Assembly: GCA_028877195.1 (NCBI GenBank)
Contig: JAPPIL010000235.1
Span: forward strand, 1 to 34,187
Reading direction: 5' to 3'
Source: Pseudomonadota bacterium
GTDB lineage: Bacteria > Bdellovibrionota_B > Oligoflexia > Oligoflexales > JAPPIL01
DNA length: 34,187 nucleotides
The notes under the pieces were generated by a model, which worked only from the letters and a program-made list of their open reading frames with translations, did not search any database and was not told the DNA's origin. Made by a program: the position numbers and the translations under genes. Shown piece after piece: positions 11,546 through 20,514 of the stretch; position 1 is the first letter of the stretch; every line of letters begins with the position of its first letter.

Positions 11546-12646
11546 CTAGCGCCGCCGCCGCCAAGTTGCCTGCCAAGCCAGTAGCGGTGATAGCAGTAGG
11601 ATGGTGGTCAGATAGTTAAAGGGGCTACCGATAGTTCCACACTGACCGCTGGTCAGCCCCCTTCTTGTTTCTGGTGGCGTAACCTTGCCTGTGTCGATGA
11701 ATTCACGCAGGTAGCTGGAAGAAGAGGCGATATTGTATTGATACTTTTCAGCTATTGTTACCCCACCCCAGTTTACTCCCAGTAGCGCCCCGGTCTCGAC
11801 ATCGATAAGCCCAGAGCCACTTGATCCTTGCACAAGGTCGCAGCGATGTCGCAATCCAAGCGCAAGAGTCGGTTTGTTCGCCCATAGTGCCTTGTCAAAG
11901 CCGCCGAGCACATAGCAGTCGCTGGCCGTAATCGCAAGTTTAGGGAATTTCGCACCTACATCGGTCAGCATTAGCATTTCAGTGCTTTCAAGTTGCTGCT
12001 GTTGCGCTTGGGTGCAGGCATTAGGCTTGTCGAAACAGCAGACTCCATCGACTTCGATGCAGGGGTAGTGGACGATAAATGCCCTGCGTCCGACTGGCAC
12101 TGCCCCTTCCCAAATTTTCATCGGGCGGTAGTTTTCAATCTGGTCATCGTCAAAGCTACTTTTGAGAGTAAAGATAGCAAGATCAGCGACGACCGATACT
12201 TTTAGACTTCCTGGTAGGCATTTTTTAGCTATTGGTTCTTTTTGACGTGAAAAAGAGAAGTAAGCGTGCGTTTTATCGCAAATATTTTCAATTATCGTAC
12301 CTAAAGCTTCGCCTTCAGAGTTTTTTTTGGCAAAACAATGCTGATTGGTTACAATTCGTGGCAAAACAGAGCCTTCTTCGGGTGCAATTAAAGTTCCAGA
12401 ACAGAAACGCATCGATTTCTTCTTGTCGCTCGCAGCCGCAGTAACGATTAGTGCTGAAGAGTTGAAAGCCTTTGTCAAAGTGTCGGGAGGAATGCCAGTG
12501 CTTGCCAAGTCGATCGACTGGTTGTCGAGGCGGATGATGTCCTTATCGTCGAGAATGTAATGAGGAGCACTATCATGCTCTGCTTCACGGCATGATGCTG
12601 ATAAGAGTATTGCAATGACCAGACAGCTTCGCATCAGCAAAGTCAT
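11546..12646 (-). CDS. secreted S1-family (trypsin-fold) serine protease, paralog C, with a C-terminal Cys/TM/RRRR sorting-tag-like tail
   Basis: 366 aa. Signal peptide MTLLMRSCLVIAILLSASC. Triad motifs CSGTLI...VTNQHCF (His), ADLAIFTL (Asp), QGSSGSGLID (Ser). C-terminus SGQCGTIGSPFNYLTTILLLSPLLAWQATWRRRR. Confidence 0.85.
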   Translation of the reverse strand: MTLLMRSCLVIAILLSASCREAEHDSAPHYILDDKDIIRLDNQSIDLASTGIPPDTLTKAFNSSALIVTAAASDKKKSMRFCSGTLIAPEEGSVLPRIVTNQHCFAKKNSEGEALGTIIENICDKTHAYFSFSRQKEPIAKKCLPGSLKVSVVADLAIFTLKSSFDDDQIENYRPMKIWEGAVPVGRRAFIVHYPCIEVDGVCCFDKPNACTQAQQQQLESTEMLMLTDVGAKFPKLAITASDCYVLGGFDKALWANKPTLALGLRHRCDLVQGSSGSGLIDVETGALLGVNWGGVTIAEKYQYNIASSSSYLREFIDTGKVTPPETRRGLTSGQCGTIGSPFNYLTTILLLSPLLAWQATWRRRR

Positions 12647-12688
12647 CGGCAGGATAGGTTTGGAAGTTAAGCTAATAGTGCAACCCAG

Positions 12689-13513
12689 CTAATCGCGCAG
12701 GTAGCCAAGGACAGTGTTTAGCAGGGTGGCAGCTGGCAACGGTTGGTTAGAGAGAAAGCGGCGCACATAGCGGTAGTGAGTGGCACCACTGTGCTGCTGA
12801 ACCCCTGCGTCGGTATAGACGAGCACATCCCCCCAAATGACACCAAGCACTTTGGCGGTCTCAAGGTCGATAAGTCCAGCGCCACTAGAACCTGCGGCGA
12901 TATCGCAGGTGTGGGCAAGTCCGTAGAAGAACAGGGCATTGACCAAACGTTGGTAGAAACTAAAAGCACTCTCGGCATAGCAGTCGATGCCAGTTACGTA
13001 TCTGGTATTTATGCTTGCCGCTTGTCGCGGGTTGAGGCGGGGATAGTGAATGATAAATGCCGCTCTTGGCTTGTGTAATGGGGCTGTCCAGAGGGTAAGG
13101 GGTTTAAACTCTTGCGGCGGCGGACGCGCCAATGCAAAGACAGCCAAATCACTCTCGGCATGTGCTCGGAATGAGTTTGCAGCACATGCACGGATGACCG
13201 CCTTGCGGTTGGGTTTGGCAAAATAAACCTTTAGTTCACGGCATTCGTGGGCATTGTCAAAGCAGTGGGCGCTGGTGATGATTTTCGGGCCACTGATGGT
13301 TTGTATATAAGTGCCCGAACAGCTGGAAGTGCGGGTGCGAAGGTAGACAGAGGCATCGTTGGCACGGGCAAGGATCGGTTGGGGAATATAAGCCGCGTTC
13401 GCTTCCGAGTAGGTTTCGATATCGACCGTATTGACTTTGATCTGAAGTCCTGGCTGTGAGTGGCAAGCTATCTGCCATACCAACAGTGAGTAGTAGGCAA
13501 GCAGCCGGCTCAT
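12689..13513 (-). CDS. secreted S1-family (trypsin-fold) serine protease, paralog B
   Basis: 274 aa. N-terminal signal peptide. CSGTYI...ITSAHCF, SDLAVFAL, AGSSGAGLIDLETAKVLGV. ATG overlaps the stop of paralog A (ATGA). Confidence 0.85.
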   Translation of the reverse strand: MSRLLAYYSLLVWQIACHSQPGLQIKVNTVDIETYSEANAAYIPQPILARANDASVYLRTRTSSCSGTYIQTISGPKIITSAHCFDNAHECRELKVYFAKPNRKAVIRACAANSFRAHAESDLAVFALARPPPQEFKPLTLWTAPLHKPRAAFIIHYPRLNPRQAASINTRYVTGIDCYAESAFSFYQRLVNALFFYGLAHTCDIAAGSSGAGLIDLETAKVLGVIWGDVLVYTDAGVQQHSGATHYRYVRRFLSNQPLPAATLLNTVLGYLRD

Positions 13514-14526
13514 AACGACTCCAGAAACTCTCGCAAGGCAGCGATGTTGGTGCCAAGACCATATTGGTAGGTTGTTGTTCCCCTCCCACTGGCGTTGGTC
13601 TGGCGCAACTCGGATATGCCCCGATGGATGGCAAGAATTGTTCCAGTCTTTGCGTCTAGGATTGCCGCACCACTAGAGCCAGGTCGGGTTGGACAACTGT
13701 GGAGAGTGTAAATTTGAGGTGATAAAACCTTTTGAACGCTGGTGGGGAGAGAGAGGACTCGGCAGTCTTCAAAAGTAATCGTTTTGATCATCGCTATCAT
13801 GCGCATATCATCCTGAACCTCGATCATGGCATGGTTGCCTTCCCCGCAGGCTGGGTGATGGAAAAGAAAGGCATCTTGGCGAGTTCTTATCTCTCCCGTC
13901 CACAAATCAGCGTAAGGCTGGTCGCTGGGCAGCAAAGAGGCATCGACATCAAAGATGGCTAGGTCAAGATCCTTATCGCTAGCAAACCCGCCTTGGCAAG
14001 CTAAAGAGATGGTTTCTTCTTGATCGGTACTGGTCTGGAAGTTTAGGTGGGCAAAAGTATTTTCGCATGGAGAGGCGAAGTTATCGGCATCGACGGTATT
14101 GTCGTAGGCACAAACATCGTCGGCTTTGTGCAGGTAGTTGTCGGCAAAGCAGTGTTGATTGGTGAGCACCTGCGCCTTGCCCGCAACCCTTATCAATGTG
14201 CCAGAGCAGGTCTTGACACAGCTGTTATCCGCACTTGGGTAAAGGGTGTCAAACGTTATGAGCACCGAGCTACGGCGAGCCTTTGCCAATACCGCGGCAG
14301 AAACTTTGGTTGCCAAACTTTGACGTTGGCTGTCAGACAAGCTTTCCTGTGGGAGACAGATGCTGCTATGTGCTGGTGTACCGATGTCAGGCGGTAGCGA
14401 CTGCCCAGTGGACAATGCGATATTAGCGGTAAAGAGGTCTTGGGTAGAACAAGACATCAGCCACATCATCGCAGCGATCCCGATAACGAGCAAGCATCGG
14501 GGAGTTGTCAGTCTAGAATATAGCAT
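13510..14526 (-). CDS. S1-family (trypsin-fold) serine protease lipoprotein, paralog A
   Basis: CSGTLI...LTNQHCF, LDLAIFDV, PGSSGAAILDAKTGTILAIHRG. The ORF track extends to 14700, which would overlap the ABC gene by 92 nt. Start trimmed to Met59 (ATG 14526), which begins a lipoprotein signal MLYSRLTTPRCLLVIGIAAMMWLMSC. Confidence 0.8.
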   Translation of the reverse strand: MLYSRLTTPRCLLVIGIAAMMWLMSCSTQDLFTANIALSTGQSLPPDIGTPAHSSICLPQESLSDSQRQSLATKVSAAVLAKARRSSVLITFDTLYPSADNSCVKTCSGTLIRVAGKAQVLTNQHCFADNYLHKADDVCAYDNTVDADNFASPCENTFAHLNFQTSTDQEETISLACQGGFASDKDLDLAIFDVDASLLPSDQPYADLWTGEIRTRQDAFLFHHPACGEGNHAMIEVQDDMRMIAMIKTITFEDCRVLSLPTSVQKVLSPQIYTLHSCPTRPGSSGAAILDAKTGTILAIHRGISELRQTNASGRGTTTYQYGLGTNIAALREFLESL

Positions 14527-14608
14527 CGCTAAAGCTATATCGTCATGATTATTGTGTAAATTAACTGTATTTTTAATTTTAGAAACTAATGCTTTGGCAA
14601 AACAGAAA

Positions 14609-16408
14609 TCAATCGCCCATCGCGGTGAGTAGGTGGCTGTAGTAGCTGTGGGGTTGGCGGGTAAGTTTGCTGTGTGTGCCTTGCTCGACGATATGACCAT
14701 CCTTGAATACCAAAATTAGGTCGCATTTTCTCACCGTTGCGAGGCGATGGGCGATGATAAAGCAGGTTTTATCGGCCATCAACTTGAACAGAGTTTTGTG
14801 GATGGCGGTTTCATACGTATGATCAACGTTAGCGGTCGCTTCATCGAGGATTAGAATTTGAGGGTTCTTCAGCATCATGCGCATAAATGCGATCAGCTGG
14901 CGTTCACCCGCACTGATATTTTGCCCATGCTCAAGCACAATGCTGTCGAGACCCTGCGGGAAAGATGCGAGTCGGTGTTCAAAATTGAGGCGTTGGATGA
15001 GTTGCTTGATCTCATCGTCGTTGACCTGTTGGGCGCAGATGATATTCTCACGCAATGTGCCGTGAAAGATAACGACATCTTGATTGATATAACCGATATG
15101 TTTGCGCAAGCACTCTTTCGACCACTGGGTTTGGGGGATACCATCGATGAGGATATCGCCTTGCGTATAGTTGTAGAGCGCGGGGATGAGGTTAACGGTT
15201 GAGGTTTTGCCTGCCCCTGTCTCGCCGACCAGCCCGATTTTCATCCCCTGTTTGGCGTGGAAGCTAACCCCCTGTAGAACATTCTTGTCGCGATGATAGT
15301 CCATGTAGATGCTGTTGAAACGCACATCGCCACGCACAGGGCGACTGGTGCGATCAGACGACTGCTTTTCTTCATGTTCAAGGAAAGTTTGGCGCACCCG
15401 TTCTGCAGAGGTGAGGGCATCTTGAATAACTTGAATGTCGTGCGCGAGTGAACGCACGGGGGCAAGGAGATGAACACAAAAGCGCATGAAGCTTACAAAA
15501 ATTGCGAGTTCTAGCGTGTTTTCCAACACCATTTGTCCGCCGATCAGGGCGATAAAAAACACGGGCAATTGACAGAGGATAACGATAGTCGGGCGAATAA
15601 ACGAGTTCCAGCGTTGGAGGATTAGATGAGCGTGATAGTTGTTTTGAATTAATTGATTGAGCTTGGCGCTGCACCAGCCCGTGAGGTTGAAGCTTTTGAT
15701 AATTTCAAAGCCATTGATATATTCGACAAAACGCGCCAAGACGATGGCGTTGAGTTTTTTATGGACGCGCAGCCAGAATTTCAGCGGTTGGCGCAACACG
15801 AAAGTAAAGAGCAGCGTTGGAATGCTGGTGGCAACGATTATCAAACCAAAATGCAGGTCGATGATCAGCATCGCAACGATGATCAGTAGTATCTCTAGTA
15901 TTGAGCAGAGTGATCTTGCCAAAATGTTGGCAAAGAAGTGCTCCACCCCCTCGACATCGGTGGTAATGCGAGACAGTATCCGCCCTGACGGTTGTTGGTC
16001 ATAGTAGGAAATCGGTAGGCGTGTCAGCTTTTGAAAAAGTTTGATGCGGACATGGCAAAGGATACTGTTAGTGGCGGCGATCGTCCGCACTGAACCAAAG
16101 TAGCGGAGTGCTGCGGCAACCACCTCAAGTGCTAAAAAAGTGAGAACGAGTGTCTGAATCCCTTGTTCTTGTTCAGAAAGTTTCTGGAGCAGGGTGCCGA
16201 GCACACGGACTGCTAGCATCAGGCTTGCGACGCTGCAGACGAGCAAAAAAATAGCAGCCATCAAGCGATGATAATGTTCCCGTGATAAGGAGAGCAGGTA
16301 GCCGACACCTTGCAGGTCGGAGAAGTGCTCGATTTGCTCCTCATGCACGAGGTTCTTGGCTAGCTTTTTTAGTTTGTTGCGCTTCACAAGGAAATAACCC
16401 GTTGGCAA
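14609..16408 (-). CDS. ABC exporter half-transporter (TMD-NBD), consensus-site subunit with a degenerate ABC signature
   Basis: 599 aa. Six-helix type-I exporter TMD. Walker A GETGAGKTS, Walker B ILILDEAT, H-loop IIAHR. The signature is ISAGE instead of LSGGQ. The ORF-track start is TTG 16408 (25-nt overlap); GTG 16387 would give a classical GTGA overlap with the upstream stop. Confidence 0.9.
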   Translation of the reverse strand: MPTGYFLVKRNKLKKLAKNLVHEEQIEHFSDLQGVGYLLSLSREHYHRLMAAIFLLVCSVASLMLAVRVLGTLLQKLSEQEQGIQTLVLTFLALEVVAAALRYFGSVRTIAATNSILCHVRIKLFQKLTRLPISYYDQQPSGRILSRITTDVEGVEHFFANILARSLCSILEILLIIVAMLIIDLHFGLIIVATSIPTLLFTFVLRQPLKFWLRVHKKLNAIVLARFVEYINGFEIIKSFNLTGWCSAKLNQLIQNNYHAHLILQRWNSFIRPTIVILCQLPVFFIALIGGQMVLENTLELAIFVSFMRFCVHLLAPVRSLAHDIQVIQDALTSAERVRQTFLEHEEKQSSDRTSRPVRGDVRFNSIYMDYHRDKNVLQGVSFHAKQGMKIGLVGETGAGKTSTVNLIPALYNYTQGDILIDGIPQTQWSKECLRKHIGYINQDVVIFHGTLRENIICAQQVNDDEIKQLIQRLNFEHRLASFPQGLDSIVLEHGQNISAGERQLIAFMRMMLKNPQILILDEATANVDHTYETAIHKTLFKLMADKTCFIIAHRLATVRKCDLILVFKDGHIVEQGTHSKLTRQPHSYYSHLLTAMGD

Positions 16409-18042
16409 AGAGCTAGTGAAGCAGAACGATGCGAAGCACAGATGATCGCAAGGTCATTTAGTTGGTTGCGAATTGTCTTCATGATGTTTTGCTCGGTGAT
16501 GCTGTCGATAGCGCTAAAACAGTCATCAAGTAGCAGCAGGCGCGGTTTACGAAGGATAGCACGGGCGATTGCCAAGCGTTGCTTTTGCCCACCAGAAAGA
16601 TCGACCCCCCATTCGCCGATTTTTGTGTCTAGTTTGGCTGGCAGTTTAGCGACAAAACTAGCTAGGTGCACAGTGTGCAAAGCTTCCCACAGTTGTTCGT
16701 CAGTATAGGTGCGGTCAAGAGAGAGGTTTTCACGCAAGCTAGTTGAGAGTAAGAACGTGCGTTGCGGCACATAAGCGATGAGTTCAGCACGAAGGTCGTT
16801 GTGGAGTTGACCGATGTCAGTGCCATACACCAGCACGCTGGCCGATGGAGTTGGCAAAAGACCTGCGCAGCAACGCAGCAGAGTAGTTTTGCCGCGCCCA
16901 AGATGACCTGCGATGCCAAGCCACTGCTGTTCTTCAAGGCAAAGGCTGAAATCGTTCAAGACTTGCCTATTTTGTTGATAGCAGAAGGTAAGCGCTGCGA
17001 CGCGCAGTAGTGGTTGTGCCGTGTCGATGGTGCGGCACGTGGGTTTGGGTGGCAAGGGCTGTTTGCTGACTTCCAGAATGCGCTGACTGCTTGCTAGTCC
17101 TAGTTGCCAAGTGGAGATGCAGTCGCCCAAATCATAGAGAGAAGTTTGCAGAATTAAGACATAAGAAGTAAGGGCAAAAAATTCCCCTAGTGATAATGTC
17201 CCAGCTTGTAGCTTGTGAAGACCAAGTGTAAACAGCAGTCCATAAGAAAAGAAGACTGGCACCACCCCGAATGGAAAGATCAACCACCCGACGCGTTGGG
17301 TGTTGAAATGACGGTCAGCATATTCACGTGCGGAGCTGCCGAGTTTGCGTTGCCAGAAGCCTTCGCTACCAGTCGAGCGTTGCAACTTGATGGTCGCAAG
17401 AGTTTGGGCGATGAGGTCAGAGAGACGGGACATTTCCTCTTGCGCATGCAGGTGCAGACGGTGTTCACGACGGGCAAGGCGTGAGATAAATGGCGGCATA
17501 AGGCAAAATGCTCCGAATACCAGCAGTGCGATTTGGGCATCGATCTGGAGCATCATGATTAGGGATAAGCCGACGATGCAGACCATGTTAACGGTGAGGA
17601 CGATGTTGAAACCATACATGAAGCGGGTGTAATTGTAGTCTTGTGCCACGCGGTTGACGAGGTCGCCAGTGGTATAGCGGCGCATAAATGAAAAAAAAGG
17701 AACATGCTTAAGTGCTTGCCACACTTGCTCACGGACTTCTTTGCCTGCAAGGTGCGTCATCCTTGCCAACCCTTCTCGCCACAACACGCCGCCAAAGTAA
17801 GCGACGAAGAATAAAACTAAAAGCGTGTAGGCAAGGGTGTGTAGGGTAGCTGCTGGGGTTGGGCGTTGGAAGATAGCAGGCACAGCTGCGATGCCGACGA
17901 CAAAGAGGTCGAGCATCCACTGGATAAATTTTGGCACTGCGACTTCGGTTAAGCAGGTAAGCAGAACGCCAAAACTTCCGAAGCTGTAAAAGAGCCAGTT
18001 GCGGCGAGCGAAGGAGAAAAATTCCAGTAAGGTAGCGTTCAT
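16384..18042 (-). CDS. ABC exporter half-transporter (TMD-NBD), degenerate-site subunit (Walker B Asp-Asp)
   Basis: 552 aa. Walker A GHLGRGKTT, canonical signature LSGGQKQRLAIARA, Walker B LLLLDD followed by Cys (catalytic Glu replaced by Asp), H-loop ICASHR. Confidence 0.9.
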   Translation of the reverse strand: MNATLLEFFSFARRNWLFYSFGSFGVLLTCLTEVAVPKFIQWMLDLFVVGIAAVPAIFQRPTPAATLHTLAYTLLVLFFVAYFGGVLWREGLARMTHLAGKEVREQVWQALKHVPFFSFMRRYTTGDLVNRVAQDYNYTRFMYGFNIVLTVNMVCIVGLSLIMMLQIDAQIALLVFGAFCLMPPFISRLARREHRLHLHAQEEMSRLSDLIAQTLATIKLQRSTGSEGFWQRKLGSSAREYADRHFNTQRVGWLIFPFGVVPVFFSYGLLFTLGLHKLQAGTLSLGEFFALTSYVLILQTSLYDLGDCISTWQLGLASSQRILEVSKQPLPPKPTCRTIDTAQPLLRVAALTFCYQQNRQVLNDFSLCLEEQQWLGIAGHLGRGKTTLLRCCAGLLPTPSASVLVYGTDIGQLHNDLRAELIAYVPQRTFLLSTSLRENLSLDRTYTDEQLWEALHTVHLASFVAKLPAKLDTKIGEWGVDLSGGQKQRLAIARAILRKPRLLLLDDCFSAIDSITEQNIMKTIRNQLNDLAIICASHRSASLALCQRVISL

Positions 18043-18142
18043 GCTAGCGACGACCAGCGATCAGGGGAAGAGGGTGAGCAGCAGGCCACCCAACAAACTT
18101 GAAGATGGTAGCACCAAGAGTGGTTAATGTCGAGGGGAGGCG

Positions 18143-18529
18143 ATGCAACAGGATATGCAGTCGGAAGAAGAGATTACGGGCATCAATATCACGCCACTAG
18201 TAGATGTTATGCTGGTGCTGCTGGTCATTTTCATGGTTACGAGCAGCTACCTCGATCAGGCTGGTATTACGCTTGAATTGCCAACCGCCAGCACGGGGGT
18301 CGCTGTCGAGCAAGGGATTACTATCAGTATCGCTAGGGACGGTAAGCGCTACTATAAGCAGCAGGTGATGAGTGATGTCAAGTTAATCGAACTGTTGAGC
18401 GACAAGCAGGGCGAGCACATAACTATCGCAGCCGATCAGCACACCCCGCACGGTCAGGTCGTGGCAGTAATCGATTTGGTTCGCGATCAAAAAATTTTTG
18501 ATATTTCGCTACATACGCTTGCCGATTAG
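18143..18529 (+). CDS. ExbD/TolR-family biopolymer transport protein (no ExbB/TolQ partner in the window)
   Basis: 128 aa. Family N-terminus INITPLVDVMLVLLVIFMVTS (single TM) followed by a periplasmic domain (ITIAADQHTPHGQVVAVIDLVRD). Confidence 0.8.
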   Translation: MQQDMQSEEEITGINITPLVDVMLVLLVIFMVTSSYLDQAGITLELPTASTGVAVEQGITISIARDGKRYYKQQVMSDVKLIELLSDKQGEHITIAADQHTPHGQVVAVIDLVRDQKIFDISLHTLAD

Positions 18530-19215
18530 TTGGCAAGCGGTCTTGGTGTTGTAGTGGTCTTGAATACGGGCGGTAAGCCGAGCGCTTCGATCAGCATTTG
18601 TTGGGCTTTTTGGTATTCTGCTGGTGTTAGCTCAATATCCTGCATCGAGTTCTGGTATTTTGCCCCCTTCAACTCGGCATCAAAGGCACTGCGAGCATCG
18701 CTGCCCTCTCGCTGCCATAAGGCAACGCTTTTGGTCAGGATGATGCCAGCCAACAGTATGATGCCTGCGCGTTTAGTGTGGCTACCCTTGACCAGCTTGG
18801 GCAAGACATCAGCCTCTCTAAGTGCGCCAGCGGCATCGACCAAGAAGTTGGCGTAGCGCTCGGAGATACCGAGTAACAGTGTGGTGATGCCTGCTGCCGA
18901 GCTGATTTTTTTTAACAGCTGATCTCTGGTGGTTTCGCCTGCTTCAGATGGCAGGTCGCTGGCGGTGAGTTCCTGCTCGATAAGTTTGCGGCAATCGTTA
19001 GGCAATGCCGTCCTGCCGGCAGCATAGGCTTCGGAAGCAGCAACGATAGAGTCGTAGGTGCGGCACTCTAGCAGAATATACAACTTTGCCGCTTGCTGTT
19101 TTTTAGAGATCAAGCCCATAACTCGCTCATGCTGCTGGTCGATCAACCAACTCACATCCGCATGTTGGTCGTCGGCAGCACAGCTAATCAAGAACAAAAC
19201 CAACAACATCCGCAT
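18526..19215 (-). CDS. hypothetical lipoprotein
   Basis: 229 aa. Lipobox in MRMLLVLFLISCAADD. Internal hydrophobic segment AGIILLAGIILT. No family recognised. Confidence 0.55.
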   Translation of the reverse strand: MRMLLVLFLISCAADDQHADVSWLIDQQHERVMGLISKKQQAAKLYILLECRTYDSIVAASEAYAAGRTALPNDCRKLIEQELTASDLPSEAGETTRDQLLKKISSAAGITTLLLGISERYANFLVDAAGALREADVLPKLVKGSHTKRAGIILLAGIILTKSVALWQREGSDARSAFDAELKGAKYQNSMQDIELTPAEYQKAQQMLIEALGLPPVFKTTTTPRPLAN

Positions 19216-19515
19216 GGTAGCCCCCCTTCTTTCTAATTCGGCATCTTCAGCAAGACAATAATTTCGATGAATTTACTTCAACCGTAGCAGGAACTGTGCT
19301 AGAAGCCCTAGCGCCGACGATAAAAATGGTAACCATCGGGTATGGCGAGGCAATTTTTCTAGCCGACCAAAATATCATGTCTATTTTTCAAAACTTGTTA
19401 AAGGTGTTTACGCTTAAAAGTTTAATTGCATTTGCGAGCATAGTTTGATGCTTTCTGTAAGTTCTTTTAAAGAAACTCATAATAGTAACGGTTATTAACT
19501 GTAAAAAAAGTAGCC

Positions 19516-20514
19516 ATGCACTTGTTTCAGCAGGCGGTTGCAGGTGGCAAGCCTAGCCGTGTTCCAGTTTGGTTGATGCGTCAAGCGGGTCGTTATGACC
19601 CAGCCTACCAACAACTCAAGCGTCAGAGCGGGTTGGCCTTGGGGGAACTGTTTCGACACCCGCAGTTAGCGGCTGAAATCTCGTTGCTGCCACGCGCGAT
19701 CGGTGTCGATGCCCTGATTATCTTCCAAGATATTTTGACTATACTTGCTCCAATGGGGGCGGAATTTGTCTATGACCCGAAGCCGCGGCTGCGGTCGTTT
19801 GCGGCTGGGCAGTTGCCATCCTTACATCCGTGCGATGTCGCGGATGCGATGCCCTTTGTGGCGGAGACCCTGCGGTTAGTGCAGGCGGAATCAAGTTTGC
19901 CGCTGCTCGGCTTTGCGGGTGCGCCGTTGACGTTAGCGGTATTTTTAGTTGAAGGCGGCAGCTTTGGGCGTGCTCAGAACTTTCGTCGCTTTATGCAGGA
20001 GCAGCCGCGGCAACTGCATGTGCTGCTGGCGCTGTTGGCCGACCATACGCGTGCCTATTTGCAACTCCAAGTAGAAGCAGGGGCTGCGGCGGTGCAACTG
20101 TTTGAATCGGCAGCCGAGCTGTTCAGTATCGAGGAGTATCAGGAGTTTGCTTTGCCCTATCAACAGCGCGCACTTGCGGATCAACGGGCTGCGACGATTA
20201 TCTTTGCTAAAAATTTCTATGACTTGTCCTTGCTGCAGCGCAGTGGGGCGACGGTTATCAGTTTGCCTGCGGGGATCAGTATCAGTTCTGTGCGTCAACA
20301 GTTGGGGGCAAAGACCGTCGTGCAGGGCAATATCAGCAATCGTCTGCTCGTACAAGGTAGCAAGGCGATGATCAAGCAGGCGGTGCAGGAGTGTATCGCA
20401 GCTAGTGGCGGGCGCGGTCATATCCTGAACCTCGATCATGGTATTTTGCCTGCAACTTCCTACGAAAAAGTTCGGCACTTGGTCGCTTGTGCCGCGTTGG
20501 GGGCATCATGCTAA
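19516..20514 (+). CDS. hemE: uroporphyrinogen decarboxylase
   Basis: 332 aa. Signature PVWLMRQAGRY near the N-terminus and C-terminal HILNLDHGILP. Confidence 0.9.
   Translation: MHLFQQAVAGGKPSRVPVWLMRQAGRYDPAYQQLKRQSGLALGELFRHPQLAAEISLLPRAIGVDALIIFQDILTILAPMGAEFVYDPKPRLRSFAAGQLPSLHPCDVADAMPFVAETLRLVQAESSLPLLGFAGAPLTLAVFLVEGGSFGRAQNFRRFMQEQPRQLHVLLALLADHTRAYLQLQVEAGAAAVQLFESAAELFSIEEYQEFALPYQQRALADQRAATIIFAKNFYDLSLLQRSGATVISLPAGISISSVRQQLGAKTVVQGNISNRLLVQGSKAMIKQAVQECIAASGGRGHILNLDHGILPATSYEKVRHLVACAALGASC

Noticed and set aside
13510-14700. Full-length 396-aa version of protease A from the ORF track
   Set aside because: The first 58 codons overlap the 3' end of the ABC gene by 92 nt and encode no signal peptide. 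Met59 starts a textbook lipoprotein signal, so the shorter CDS (13510..14526) was annotated.
19945-20478. 177-aa minus-strand ORF inside hemE, and similar antisense ORFs inside gyrA, gyrB, dnaN, the ABC genes and uvrB/uvrC listed in the track
   Set aside because: All are embedded antisense or out of frame in genes with strong family signatures, and none shows a recognisable motif. They are shadow ORFs.
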